A stretch of 64,000 bases of DNA, taken from positions 192,001 to 256,000 of the forward strand of contig CAWKHF010000012.1 in NCBI GenBank assembly GCA_963849325.1, in the 5' to 3' direction. Shown piece after piece: positions 36,467-47,145 of the stretch. The notes under the pieces are model-generated. The model searched no databases, was not told the origin of the DNA, and saw nothing but the letters and a program-made list of their open reading frames with translations. The position numbers and the translations under genes are program-made. Source of the stretch: an uncultured Planctomycetota bacterium. Lineage in GTDB: Bacteria; Planctomycetota; Planctomycetia; Gemmatales; Gemmataceae. Every line of letters begins with the position of its first letter. The stretch's first letter is position 1.

Positions 36467-39261
36467 ATGAGCGCACGATCTTTGCCCCTTAACTCGCTGC
36501 GGGCGCGGCTGCTTATTGGCATTGGCTTTCCGCTGGTGCTCTTCGGCGCCATCGCCGTTGTCGCCCTGAACATGCTCGACCGCTTGCTGACGGCGATGGC
36601 CCTGGAGAACCACAGCCACGCCGTCATCCTGCAAGGCGTCAAGCAGCAGGAAGCGCTGCGGCGCCTGCGCCTGATCGCCCGCTATGGTCCCGTCCTCCAG
36701 CCGGTCCTGCTCCAGCAAGATTCCGAGGACAATCGTCGCGGCTTCCTCGACGCCAACACGGCCGCCCTGGAGTTGGTGCAGAACGATCCCCAACAGAGCG
36801 AGCGCCTCGACGACGTGCGGCGGCTGGAGGCGGAATGGCATCAGCTGGTGCGACGGCAGTTCTGGCCGCGACCCGCGCGGCCGCAACCGCGCGAGGAGGA
36901 CGTCGCCAGGGACCGCCCGCTCGACCCCACCCTCTTCGCTCGGCAGAACGAGTATTATCAGCAGCAGATCGACGAACGGCTCCGCGGCTTCATCGCCATT
37001 GAGGAGGAACGGCTGGAGCAACGTCATCGGCATGCTGTGGAGCTGAGCACGCAGAGCGCCTGGACCATCGGCGTCGGTCTGGCCGTGGTCGTTGTCATCA
37101 CGGTGCTCGTTGCCTGGCGCGTCTCGGCGAGCGTGACCCGGCCGGTCGATCGCCTGCGCCGGGCCGCGCGACATCTGTTGACCGGCTCGTTCCGCATGGA
37201 GCCGCCCCGGGGGCCGACCGAGATCGCCCAGCTGATCGTCGATTTCAACCAGATGGGCCTGTCGCTGAGCGAGCGCCATCTCCGTCCGCGCGAGCAGGAG
37301 GAGGGCTATCGCCAGTACGTCATCGCCACGGCCAACCTGACCTGGCGTACCGGCGCCGACGGCCGAGTGGACAACGACATGGCCTCGTGGCGTGCCTTCA
37401 CGGGACAGACGGTCGAGCAGATGCGCGGCCTGGGTTGGCTCGATGCCATCCACCCCGACGAGCGCGAACAGGCCCGCGCGCATTGGCTGCACTGCGTCGG
37501 CACGCGCGGCCGCTACGAGATCGAGTATCGTTTGCGTTCCGCCGCCGGCATCTACCGAACCTTTCTCGCTCGCGCCGTGCCCATCGTCGGGCCGGACGGC
37601 GCGGTGCGCGAATGGATCGGCGCCTGCCTGGACGTGACGGAGCGGGCCGAGATGGACCGGCTGCGGCAGGACAAGGAGGCCGCCGAGGCGGCCACCCGCG
37701 CCAAGAGCGAGTTTTTGGCCAAGATGAGCCACGAGCTACGCACGCCGCTCAACGCCATCATCGGCATGTCACGCATGCTGACCACGCAGCGCTTTGGCCC
37801 GCTGACCGACAAGCAGGCCGACTATCTGGGCGACGTCATCGGCGCCGGCGAACACCTGCTGGCCCTCATCAACGACATCCTCGACCTGGCCAAGATCGAG
37901 TCCGGCGCATGGAACTGCAACCGGAGGGCTTTTCGGTTCGCGCCGCGGTGACGGCCGTCGTCTCGACGCTGCGGCCGTTGGCCGCCCCCAAGGACCTGCC
38001 GCTGCACGTCGAGCCGGCCGAGCCGGATGGCGAGATCGCCGCCGACCCCGCGCGCTTCAAGCAGATCCTGTACAACCTGCTGTCCAACGCCATCAAGTTC
38101 ACGCCGCGCGGCTCGGTGACAATCCGATGTCAGTGGATAGACCGCGCCGGCCGCGATGCCGTCCCCGTCGCCGAGCCGTCGGCGTCCGCCCTGCGCGTCG
38201 AGGTGATCGACACCGGCATTGGCATCGCGGCGGAGGACCAGTTTCGAGTCTGGGAGGAGTTTCGCCCGATTCCGTCGGCCGCTCAGCAGGTCGGCGCCCT
38301 TTCCGGCACCGGCCTGGGCCTGGCCCTGTCGCGCCAACTGGTGCAGCACATGGGCGGCACCATCTGGATGGAGAGTGCGCCGGGCCAGGGCAGCACCTTC
38401 GCCTTCGTCCTGCCGCGCAAATCAGAAGAAGGGACTAGGGAACAGGGACTAGGGACTAGAGAAGAAGCTTCTTCTCTAGTCCCTAGTCCCTGTTCCCTAG
38501 TCCCTCTTCCGACGATGGCCCTGGTAATCGAGGACTACCCGGCCACCCACAAGCTGCTGGTGGACTGGCTGCGCGAGGCCGGTTTGGCCACGGCGTCCGC
38601 CTTCGACGGCGAATCCGGTCTGCTCCAGGCCCGCCGACTCATCCCGAACCTGATCGTCCTCGACCTGCAGCTGCCCAGGCTCGACGGCTGGCAGGTGCTC
38701 ACTGCCTTGAAGCAGGATCCGGCGACGGCCGCCATTCCGGTCGTGATCGTCACCGCGACCGAGGAGCAGGCGCCGCCCAGCGGCCTGAGCGTGCAGGAGT
38801 TCTTCGTTAAGCCCCTGCACCGCGAGGATTTCTTTCGCCGCCTCCGCGCCGCCCGCCCCGGCCTGTTTGATCGGTCTCAACCGTTCAAGGTGCTACTGGT
38901 CGATGATGAGCCAGCCGACCGCAAACTGATGGCCGACCTGCTGGCCGCCGAGGGCGGCGAAGTACTGACCAGCGCCAACGGCAAGGAAGCCATCGAGCGC
39001 TTGCGGGACGTGCGGCCGGACCTCGTCGTGCTCGACCTGATGATGCCGGAGATGGACGGCTTTCGCGTCGTCGAGGAGGTTCGCGCGCGGCCGGATCTGC
39101 AGGACGTACCCATTCTAATCGTGACGGCCAAGGATTTGACCGCGGACGAGCAACGGGCGCTCCAGGGCCGCATCCAGGCCGTGCTGGCCAAGCAGAAACT
39201 GACGCCGGAGAAGTTCTACCAACACCTGTCCGCCCTAGGCCTGCTTCGCCGCGACAGCTAG
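36467..39261 (+). CDS. Hybrid sensor kinase: TM-sensor-HAMP-PAS-HisKA-HATPase-2xREC (frameshift near 37905)
   Basis: IHPDE (PAS), [32 protein letters not shown] and two receiver domains. Confidence 0.92.
38430..38505. repeat. Perfect 76-bp palindrome of AGGGACT/AGGGAAC heptamers inside the kinase CDS
   Basis: 38-bp arms centred on AAGCTT. Confidence 0.95.
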
Positions 39262-39321
39262 ACGCGCAATCTGGATGAATGACCGCGCCGCCGGCATCGG
39301 TGAGGACGTTCGGGCGAAGCA

Positions 39322-39960
39322 TCAGTTCTGGCGGCGTCCGCCGGCGAGCGGAGGCGCTGTGCCGGAAAGCTCGGCCAGATCCTCCATGTATTCGGCGCAC
39401 TGCTGCCGCACGCGGGCCAGGACGCGCGAGGCGTTGACTTTCACGGCATTGGCGGTCAGGCCCAGCTCGGCGGCGACCGAGGCGCTGGGCCGGCCGCGCA
39501 GCAGACGCTGCTCGAAGCAGGCCCACGTGTTCGGCTGCGAGTTGCCGCGCACCCTTGCCAGCACGACTTCCAGGACGCGCTTGCGGTAGGAGTCGGACCA
39601 TTCGGCGTCCGGCTCGACGTCCGCTGCGGCGGGCTGAGACGCCAGGCGTTCGCGGTAGGCATCCTCCTCGCGCGCCTGCCGCTTGCGAGCGCGGGCCCAG
39701 TCGGCGATGGCGTTGCTCGTCACCTGCCATAGCCAGGTGCGGAAGCGGCCACGAGAGCGGTCCAGCTGGAAGTCGGGCAAGACGCGGTGCAGCTTGGTGA
39801 AGATTTCCTGCACCACGTCCCGAGCATCGTGCTCCTGCAATCCCTTGCCGCGAACATAGGCCAACAGCAGCGGCTCGTACAGGGAGCAAAACTCGTCCCA
39901 ACTCGCTCGGTCGGCGGGGTCGTGGAGGCGCTGGAGTAACGTGCTGCGTGTTTCCGTCAT
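39322..39960 (-). CDS. ECF sigma-70 factor
   Basis: TRSTLLQRL..W..F..LYEPLL, DARDVVQEIF, GRFRTWL, VAAELG..ANAV. Confidence 0.88.
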   Translation of the reverse strand: MTETRSTLLQRLHDPADRASWDEFCSLYEPLLLAYVRGKGLQEHDARDVVQEIFTKLHRVLPDFQLDRSRGRFRTWLWQVTSNAIADWARARKRQAREEDAYRERLASQPAAADVEPDAEWSDSYRKRVLEVVLARVRGNSQPNTWACFEQRLLRGRPSASVAAELGLTANAVKVNASRVLARVRQQCAEYMEDLAELSGTAPPLAGGRRQN

Positions 39961-40012
39961 GATCGTATAGTCTACTTGTCGAGGGCTTCTTTTCGCCAGA
40001 GAAAATCGAACT

Positions 40013-40070
40013 TCCGAGCCTGAAGCGTAAGCGAAGAGTATCTCTTCTTCGCTTACGCTTCAGGCTCGGA
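40013..40070. repeat. REP-like palindrome family A
   Basis: Same arms as 18346 and 26365. Confidence 0.9.
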
Positions 40071-40078
40071 GGGGTTCA

Positions 40079-41068
40079 TCAAGCGTCGTACTGCTTGCGG
40101 AAGTTTTCGTAGGCCAGCCGGTAGGCCTTGACCGCGGCCTCTTCCTTCTTGGCCAACTGTCCCAGCAGCTGGTTGATCTTCGTTACCACGTCGGCGGGAG
40201 CGACTTTGCCATCCTCGATCAGCGCCACGACCTCGGCCAACTCGTTGGTAAAGAAAGCTTCGTCGGCCTCCAGCAGCCGCAGGTAGGCATCCAGCAGTTC
40301 GCGCACCACCGGAGCGTTCGGCACGTCGAGCGCCTTCATCGACTCGCGGACAGTGCGGACGGTTTGCAGCAACTTCTCATGGGCCTTCTTCAGCCGCGAG
40401 CGATCGACCGGCCGACCGTCGGAGACCGGATTGAGTTCCCGGAGGAACTCCTGGAACGCCTCGCGTACCTTGCCGTGCAGCGTGTCGATCTTATCGCGGA
40501 AGGCGAAGGCGGCCTTGCCCTCGGCGGTCCAGACGCCGGTCTTCCAGAATGCCACCGTGTCCTTGACGTGTCCGACCATGTAATCGAGGGCGGTGCGAAG
40601 GTGGTTCGGCGTGATGCCGTGGTTGCTCACCGGCATCCACAGCCACAACTCGCCCGACGGCGTAATCACGAACTTGGCCGTTCCGACCTGGGCGTTGAGC
40701 TTCACGATCTTGAGAAGCGCCTCGGCCATGATTTTGTCGTCGGCGGGGACGCGGCCAAGGTACGATTCGATCCAGACCACCGAGCGGTCGGGGCTGAGCA
40801 ACACCGTCAGGTAGATGGTCCAGCCATCTCGTTTCACACAGACTTCGTACATTTTTCGGCCGTCGCTGAGCGGTGTGATTTTTCCCGGCTCGTAGCCGAG
40901 ACCGCGCAGCATCTGCAACAGGATCTCATCGGTCAGCGGCGCTCCCGGCTTGACCTCGGCGCCGGCGGTCGGCGCCCCGGGCAGGGGGGTCGGCCCGTCC
41001 GCCAGAACGCAGGACGTCATCAGGCCCAACAGGATGCCCGGCAGCAACAACTTCGTCAGACGCAACAT
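40079..41068 (-). CDS. Exported hypothetical protein with YbjN/chaperone-like N-domain and helical C-domain
   Basis: Signal peptide, LLQMLRGLGYEP, LSPDRSVVWI, LLKIVKLN. The fold call is an inference. Confidence 0.6.
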   Translation of the reverse strand: MLRLTKLLLPGILLGLMTSCVLADGPTPLPGAPTAGAEVKPGAPLTDEILLQMLRGLGYEPGKITPLSDGRKMYEVCVKRDGWTIYLTVLLSPDRSVVWIESYLGRVPADDKIMAEALLKIVKLNAQVGTAKFVITPSGELWLWMPVSNHGITPNHLRTALDYMVGHVKDTVAFWKTGVWTAEGKAAFAFRDKIDTLHGKVREAFQEFLRELNPVSDGRPVDRSRLKKAHEKLLQTVRTVRESMKALDVPNAPVVRELLDAYLRLLEADEAFFTNELAEVVALIEDGKVAPADVVTKINQLLGQLAKKEEAAVKAYRLAYENFRKQYDA

Positions 41069-41247
41069 TGTTTGTCCCCTTTTGCTCGGGGCCTCTCCCC
41101 AGGACGCCCAGCGCCGGAAGAGGCCGGCCACGTATCAAGGACCGCGGCACGACCATCGTCCGCGGACGGATGGAAGAGTTCGATTTTCTTCCACCGCTGA
41201 TACGCGGCCGGGTGGCAAAGGTAACAGGGAAAAGTGCGCAGCCAACG

Positions 41248-41279
41248 AAAAAGCCGCCCGGATGGAAAGTCCGGGCGGC
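41248..41279 (-). terminator. Rho-independent terminator
   Basis: Stem GCCGCCCGGA/TCCGGGCGGC with a U-tract on the minus strand. Confidence 0.75.
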
Positions 41280-41311
41280 CGGCGAGGACGGACGAAGCCG
41301 CTAGGGAGGCT

Positions 41312-42635
41312 CAGTAGTTTCCGGTTCGGGCTGAGGGAGGAGGGGTGAGGGAGACAATCGCAAGGCTCCTCCTGAGAATGACTTGTACCACCAAGGACAT
41401 TCCAGGAGGGAGCCATGCGACAACGGCAGTATACACTCACCCCCGCCCACGTCCACGCCCACGTCAGCGCCCGGATGCAACAATATCTCCGCCTGGCTGA
41501 CCACGGCCCCCGCTGCCGAGCCGATACCCTGTGGGCCGTCCTCTGCTACGCCGCCAGCCGCATCATCTCTCTGGCCGCCGCCTGCGCCGCCCTCCGCGAC
41601 GCGCCCTCCGACACCGCCGCCCACGACGCCCTGCTCGCCACCCTCCCTGACTACGCCGAACTGCAACGCCGCCTCAACCGCGCCCTGCAAGGCGACCTGC
41701 CCCACGCCTTACGCCGACGCCGCCAGCCCTTGGCCATCGACTTGGTGCTCATCCCCTACCACGGCAGACCCCTGCACCACGCCAACGAGGTCTACCGCAG
41801 CCAAGCCAAGAGCGGGCACCAGCCACTTCCACGCCTACGCCACCGCCTACGTCATCCAGAAGGGCCGACGCTTCACCGTTGCCCTCACCCCGGTGGCCCG
41901 CCACGACGCCATGCCGGAGGTGCTCAAGCGGCGGCTGCGTGAGGCGGCGCGGGCCGGCATCCGCCCGCGTTATCTGCTGTTGGACCGCGGCTTTTGCAGC
42001 GTGGACGTCATCCGCTACCTGCAGAATGCCCGCTACGCCTGGTTGATGCCGTTGGTGCTGCGCGGCCAAGGCCGACCACCCCAAGGGACCGTCGGGCAGC
42101 CGGGTTTTCGCCGGCCGCAAGCGTAGCGGCTGGGCCGAGTACACGATGACCAACGCCGCCAAACGCCGGGCGCGGTTCCGGGTGTGTATCAAGTGTCGCA
42201 ACCGTCGCGGCGAGCGGGGGCGGCATGGCCGTGAGGCGTTGGTGTATGCCTTCGGCGGGCCGTTGCGTCCGTCGTCGTACACGTGGGTGAAGGAGACGTA
42301 TCGGAGTCGGTTCGCCATCGAGACGAGCTACCGTCAGATGCACCAAGCGCGGATTCGGACCTGCACGCGCGATCCGCTGCTGCGTTTGTTGTACGTGGGG
42401 GTGGCGTTGCTCTTGCGCAACGTCTGGGTGTGGTTGCATGGGCAGGTGTTGGCGCATCGTCAGCGAGGCGGTCGGCGGATCAATCTGGGGCGTTTGAGCT
42501 TTCGCAAGATGCTGGTGTGGTTGCAACACTGGGCCGAAGCACGCTTGGGTATCCACGATGAAATCGCCACGGAACATCGGATGTATGAATGAGTTGGGGC
42601 ATGGTATCATGATTCACACTCACCGGAAACTACTG
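41312..42635 (+). mobile_element. ISH3-like insertion sequence
   Basis: Perfect 14-bp terminal IRs CAGTAGTTTCCGGT and 5-bp target duplication AGGCT (41307-41311 and 42636-42640). Confidence 0.9.
41415..42592 (+). CDS. DDE transposase (frameshifts near 41815 and 42065)
   Basis: LAIDLVLIPYHG, LLLDRGF, YRSRFAIETSYR (YREK-type motif). Confidence 0.88.
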
Positions 42636-42638
42636 AGG

Positions 42639-44666
42639 CTACCCCTTCTTCGCCGGAATGGCGTCGAGGATGTCCAGGACGGCTTTCTTGTTGAGCTTGC
42701 CGTAGCCCCATTCGGCGTTGGGCGTTGGCCCGGTGTGCTCGTCCCGGACGGCCTTGCCGTGGAGTAGTTCGTGGACCTGACCGAAGGTGAGGTCGGGGTT
42801 CTTTTGCAGCATGAGCGCGATGACGCCGGCGACGTAGGGAGTGGCGGCGCTGGTGCCGTTGAACAGGCGATAGCGGCCGCTGCTGTCGCGGTAGACATCG
42901 ACGTTGCTCGGCGCCGCCGCTGTAAAATACTGTCCGGGCGCCACCACGTCCGGCTTGACGATCCCCGGCGCCCGGCTGGGTCCGTGGCTGGAGTAGCGCG
43001 ACAGCGCTCCGAGCTGGATCGGCTCGCGGAACGGATCTTTGTAATCCTGGAACTGGCCGCGTTTGTGGAACTTGGTGTTCCAGTCGTAACTGCCGACCGT
43101 GATGACGTTGTGCGCCGAACCGGGATGGTCGAGTTGCATGGTCCGTTGCAGGCACTCGCCCACGAAGCGGGTCTTGTTCCCCCTTTGTCCGTCGAAATCG
43201 GTTCGCAGGAAGGCGTCCGCCTTGAGGGCCGTCCCGGAGGCACTCGCCAAGGTCAATTCGTCCTGGAGGTTCCGCGTCTTGTCGAAATCGATCTCGGATA
43301 CGACGGTCCCGATCAGGGGGTGGACGTAGGTTTGGACCTGCTTCAGACTCTCCCCGGCGATGCGGACGTCCTTGGCGTTTTTGGAGTCAAAATAGATCGT
43401 CATTCGCCCCGGTTCGCTGGCGAACCAGGTCAGTTTTGCCTTCTCCTGGCCCGGCCTGCATTCGACGAAGGCGTGCGTGCGCCAGTGGCCGGCGTTGCCG
43501 GCGGCGAAGCAGATAGCCTTCCCCTTGCTGTCGGGACCATCCAGGGGGAAGCGTACATCGAGCTGCCGCTCCATCACGCCGTTGCCGTCGTGCCCGAATT
43601 CGATCGCGTTGCCCCAACTACAGGTGATGACGTAAGGCTTTTTCGCTTCCTTCGCTTTTTGCTTGATCCAGTCGCAGAAGACGCCGAGCAGATAGCCGGT
43701 CTCCATGCCCCGCCCCGCCCCGCCGATGCGAATGGCGATAAGGTCCGCTTCCGGGGCCACGCCCGTGCTGAGGTGTGCGGCCTTGATCTCTCCGGTCGCC
43801 GCCCGGCCGTTGCCGGCGGCGATGCTGGCGCAGCCGGTGCCGTGGCTCTGATTGTCCCAGACGGGGATGTACGTCTCGCCCCTCAGGGCCGCGTTCAGGT
43901 CGTCGTTGTCGTAGACGGCCCCGATGTGCTTGCCGTTGGGATAGCGCACCGGCGCGGCGAGGCGCGAGGTCGAATCGGAGAGCGTGTCCCAGAAATAGAG
44001 CAAGCGAGAGACGGGTTTGCCGTCGCGGTCGAGGGTGATGAAATCGGGATGGCGGAAGTCGATTCCGCTGTCGATGACGGCGACGAGGACGCCCTTGCCG
44101 GTCAGCGGCACGTTGATTCCGCCGCGCACGATCTCCTCGGCCAGCTCGCGCGTCTTCTCGGCGGCCTCGGCGGTGCTCGGAGGAGGGACTTGCACGCCTT
44201 GCGCGAAATCGATCCAGCGCACGCCGGGAGCTTTCTCCAGGGCCAGCAACGTCTCCTTTTTGTTGAGGAACATATCGGCGAAGCGATCGATGCGCGTGAA
44301 CACGTCGGCCCCCTTGAGCTGGAAGTCCTGGCAAGCCTGCGGGGTGGTGAACTCGACGTGCAGCGCCAGGTACACCGAGTGCAGCTCCGGCCTGACGGCC
44401 AGCACGTCCTCGATGGGTGGATTACGGAGTAAAGTCCCTTGTTGAAACTCATCGAGGCCGCGGAGGAGGAGCTGCCGGAAAAACGGCGACATCTTCGGCT
44501 CGCCTACCGGGCCGGTAACTCCGCCGAGGTTCAGGTCGATGGGCTGATCTTTTTTGTCCGCTCCGGCCTTTTTCCCTTCGGGGGGCGCGGACGTTAAGTT
44601 GAGCCAGGAAAAGGCCAGAAACAGGATGGCCGCCACAGAGATCGTCATTGTCCTCTGCTGAGTCAC
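42639..44666 (-). CDS. S8 subtilisin-like serine peptidase, exported
   Basis: Catalytic triad motifs VAVIDSGID, HGTGCASIAAG and NGTSAATP, plus AAGNAG and KPDVVAPG. Signal peptide. Confidence 0.92.
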   Translation of the reverse strand: MTQQRTMTISVAAILFLAFSWLNLTSAPPEGKKAGADKKDQPIDLNLGGVTGPVGEPKMSPFFRQLLLRGLDEFQQGTLLRNPPIEDVLAVRPELHSVYLALHVEFTTPQACQDFQLKGADVFTRIDRFADMFLNKKETLLALEKAPGVRWIDFAQGVQVPPPSTAEAAEKTRELAEEIVRGGINVPLTGKGVLVAVIDSGIDFRHPDFITLDRDGKPVSRLLYFWDTLSDSTSRLAAPVRYPNGKHIGAVYDNDDLNAALRGETYIPVWDNQSHGTGCASIAAGNGRAATGEIKAAHLSTGVAPEADLIAIRIGGAGRGMETGYLLGVFCDWIKQKAKEAKKPYVITCSWGNAIEFGHDGNGVMERQLDVRFPLDGPDSKGKAICFAAGNAGHWRTHAFVECRPGQEKAKLTWFASEPGRMTIYFDSKNAKDVRIAGESLKQVQTYVHPLIGTVVSEIDFDKTRNLQDELTLASASGTALKADAFLRTDFDGQRGNKTRFVGECLQRTMQLDHPGSAHNVITVGSYDWNTKFHKRGQFQDYKDPFREPIQLGALSRYSSHGPSRAPGIVKPDVVAPGQYFTAAAPSNVDVYRDSSGRYRLFNGTSAATPYVAGVIALMLQKNPDLTFGQVHELLHGKAVRDEHTGPTPNAEWGYGKLNKKAVLDILDAIPAKKG

Positions 44667-44761
44667 CGGTGTCCCCTTTCGTCGAAGGACAGAAAAGCCA
44701 GATAAAAAGATGGCAAAAATCTTTACTATTTCCTTTTAAGGTCTTAAAAGGCTCCTGACAC

Positions 44762-46268
44762 GAATGGCGTTCGGTTAAGCCGCATCTTCTTGTGGTGGTG
44801 AGGTTTGGTGTAACAGTTTATGGCGCAGCACGGAGCGTGGCTTATTCATCAGATCGTACGGCTTGGGTCGCCGCTTCTTCACACGCGGCTCCACCCGACC
44901 GGGCCGACACGGGTTTACCCGCAACGGCGGCAATTCTTCCCCACACCGCGCCTCGCGCAGCCAACGCCACGCATCCGCGAAACTAATGCGCTCCGGTTCC
45001 ACGTCTTGCTGCCGTGCCGCCTCCACCATCACCCGCCGCACCAGATTATACACCAACACGAAGACCAACAACTCCTTCCACACGCCACGCCACGTCTCAC
45101 AACGTAGCACATCCATACCGAGGGTTTGCTTGAGGTGACGCAGGTTTACTTCCACGCTCCAACGCTTCTCGTACAGCCGAGCCAACACCTCCGGCGGATA
45201 ACGCCGCCGATCCAACAGGGTGGTCACCAGCGTCAACTCCCGGACGCGGCAACCCGGCGTCCGGATCGGCACACGCAACTCACGGACCACCAGCGACGAC
45301 GGCAAGGATTCATACTCCTGGCTGTCCATCCAGGCCGGACACTCGGCCGGCTTGAAGTACTCGACGAGTTGATCGTCGCGGCCCAGCCGTCGCAGCCAGC
45401 GCGACCGGGGCAAGCCCGCTTCTGCCTTACGGGGCTGGCGGTTCGGCGCTGACGTGCGTCCGTCGCGGCTTGAAGGAGATGATAAGACGCTGAGGGGCAC
45501 GAAAGAGGCTGAAAACGCCTCGTTTCTGCCGCATCGCCAGATGAGCGTAGGAACAGAAAGCGCGATCACCGGCCACTACGTCGCCGGCCCGCAGTCCGCG
45601 ATGGGTCCAGGTCAGGTCGGCCAGGTCGTGCGTGCGTAAGGGGGCCGGCATGGCATTCATCAGATAGCCGGTATAGGCGTGGAACTGCACCAGCAGATGG
45701 GCCGTCGGGAAGCCGCAGCCTTGGGCCTGCTGGCCGCTCTGACCGAAGGCGGCACGCAAGTCGGGCGTGTCCGGCATGGAGAAACTCGAACCATCCAGGA
45801 AGAAGACGCGGTGGCCATGCCACAAGGCGCGTGGGTCGTTGTCGCTGGAGCGGCAGCGGTCGAGGACGGCGACGCCCAGTCGTTGGAAGAAGGGCACGGG
45901 CAGGCGTTGTCGGGCCTCGCAGTAGGACGAGTCTGCGAAGGAAAGCTTGGCGAGGCGGCGGAGTTCGGAGACCGAGGTGTTCCCTTCGAGGATTTGGCGG
46001 ATGAACAAGTGGGTGGTGACCAGGGGAGTCAGCCGACGCTGACGTCCGCCCAGACGGAGGCGCTCGTGCGAGGGAATGGATGAGGGGGGCATCGATCCAT
46101 TGGGCGGTAGCACCCTTGATGCGTTCGAGGGCTTGCGACATACTAAGCATGGCGGCCTCCTGAGATGATGAGGTCTGGACAACTCCATCATGGCAGGAGG
46201 CTGCCGCCTTTCCAAGATCGTCAGAAGTTCAAGCAGCGAAAGAGGCTACGCTTAACCGAACGCCATTC
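44762..46268 (-). mobile_element. IS4-family insertion sequence
   Basis: Perfect 19-bp terminal IRs GAATGGCGTTCGGTTAAGC. No target duplication seen. Confidence 0.9.
44775..46150 (-). CDS. IS4-family transposase (frameshifted)
   Basis: YCEARQRLP, LDGSSFSMPDT, GDRAFCSY, YEKRWSVEVNLRHLK, RVEPRVKKRRPK. Confidence 0.9.
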
Positions 46269-46319
46269 AGTCCCGACCCCTTTTCTTTTCGTGAAAGAAT
46301 CCAATTCGCTTTAGTTTCA

Positions 46320-46718
46320 TCATTGAGTACCTAAGAAGGTTTGGCCCTTAACCATGACATCACTTTTAATGTCGTATTTGTTTCCGGCTAGGTTAGCATT
46401 GAGAATGACCTGGAGGTCCAGACTGTACCGCTCGTTCCTTGCGGTTGCGACTATATTGACATAAAAAGAGATTGATAATGTGTTAATACAAACGAGGCGT
46501 GGATTAGAAGTTTCCACGCCATCGACGAGGCAATTACCTGATCCGATAAACTCGATAAATTCCATGTCTAAGTCGCTGTATTGACGACGAAGCACCCCTA
46601 GCAAGTGCTCACTTAGAAAAGCTCCCAAATCAGGCACGAGGTCCATACGCTCAAGTATCGCATTGATCGCGTCAGCCTTTTCGAAACCCAAAACGGCAGG
46701 TTGATGTGGACTTGTCAT
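46320..46718 (-). CDS. Hypothetical protein, candidate orphan immunity gene
   Basis: Lower-GC ORF following the cassette E immunity candidate. Confidence 0.55.
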   Translation of the reverse strand: MTSPHQPAVLGFEKADAINAILERMDLVPDLGAFLSEHLLGVLRRQYSDLDMEFIEFIGSGNCLVDGVETSNPRLVCINTLSISFYVNIVATARNERYSLDLQVILNANLAGNKYDIKSDVMVKGQTFLGTQ

Positions 46719-46748
46719 GATCTCTTCTTCCTCGCTTGCCAAACCAAG

Positions 46749-47141
46749 CTACAGGGGATTGGCAGAACAAAGGCGTTCTGTAATGTCTCGAAGCTGTGCC
46801 AAACACTCCGCTTCCGTTGAATAGCGACACTCACCTATCTTCGCTACAACATCTTGCCCTACTGCATGGATCCTTCTCACGTCGGCTTCGAGGAGAATGG
46901 CCGTTTCGGTCACGGTGATCTCCAAACACCAACTAACGGCTTCTCCGGAAACCAATTCTACGTCTACGTACTCCTCAAGCCGGTAACTGTCGATTAAGTC
47001 CGGCATTTCAACCACGTGCTTAACCGATCTTACTTCATTAAGCTCACTTAGGTGAATCGCATGGAGCTTGAGCCGGCGGTGGCATTCGCCAATCGCCAGA
47101 AGTAGCGGGAATCCGCGGACATTAATTGAAATCGTGTTCAT
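46749..47141 (-). CDS. Candidate immunity protein for cassette E
   Basis: Starts 4 nt after the toxin stop codon. Lower GC and acidic. Confidence 0.7.
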   Translation of the reverse strand: MNTISINVRGFPLLLAIGECHRRLKLHAIHLSELNEVRSVKHVVEMPDLIDSYRLEEYVDVELVSGEAVSWCLEITVTETAILLEADVRRIHAVGQDVVAKIGECRYSTEAECLAQLRDITERLCSANPL

Positions 47142-47145
47142 TGTG

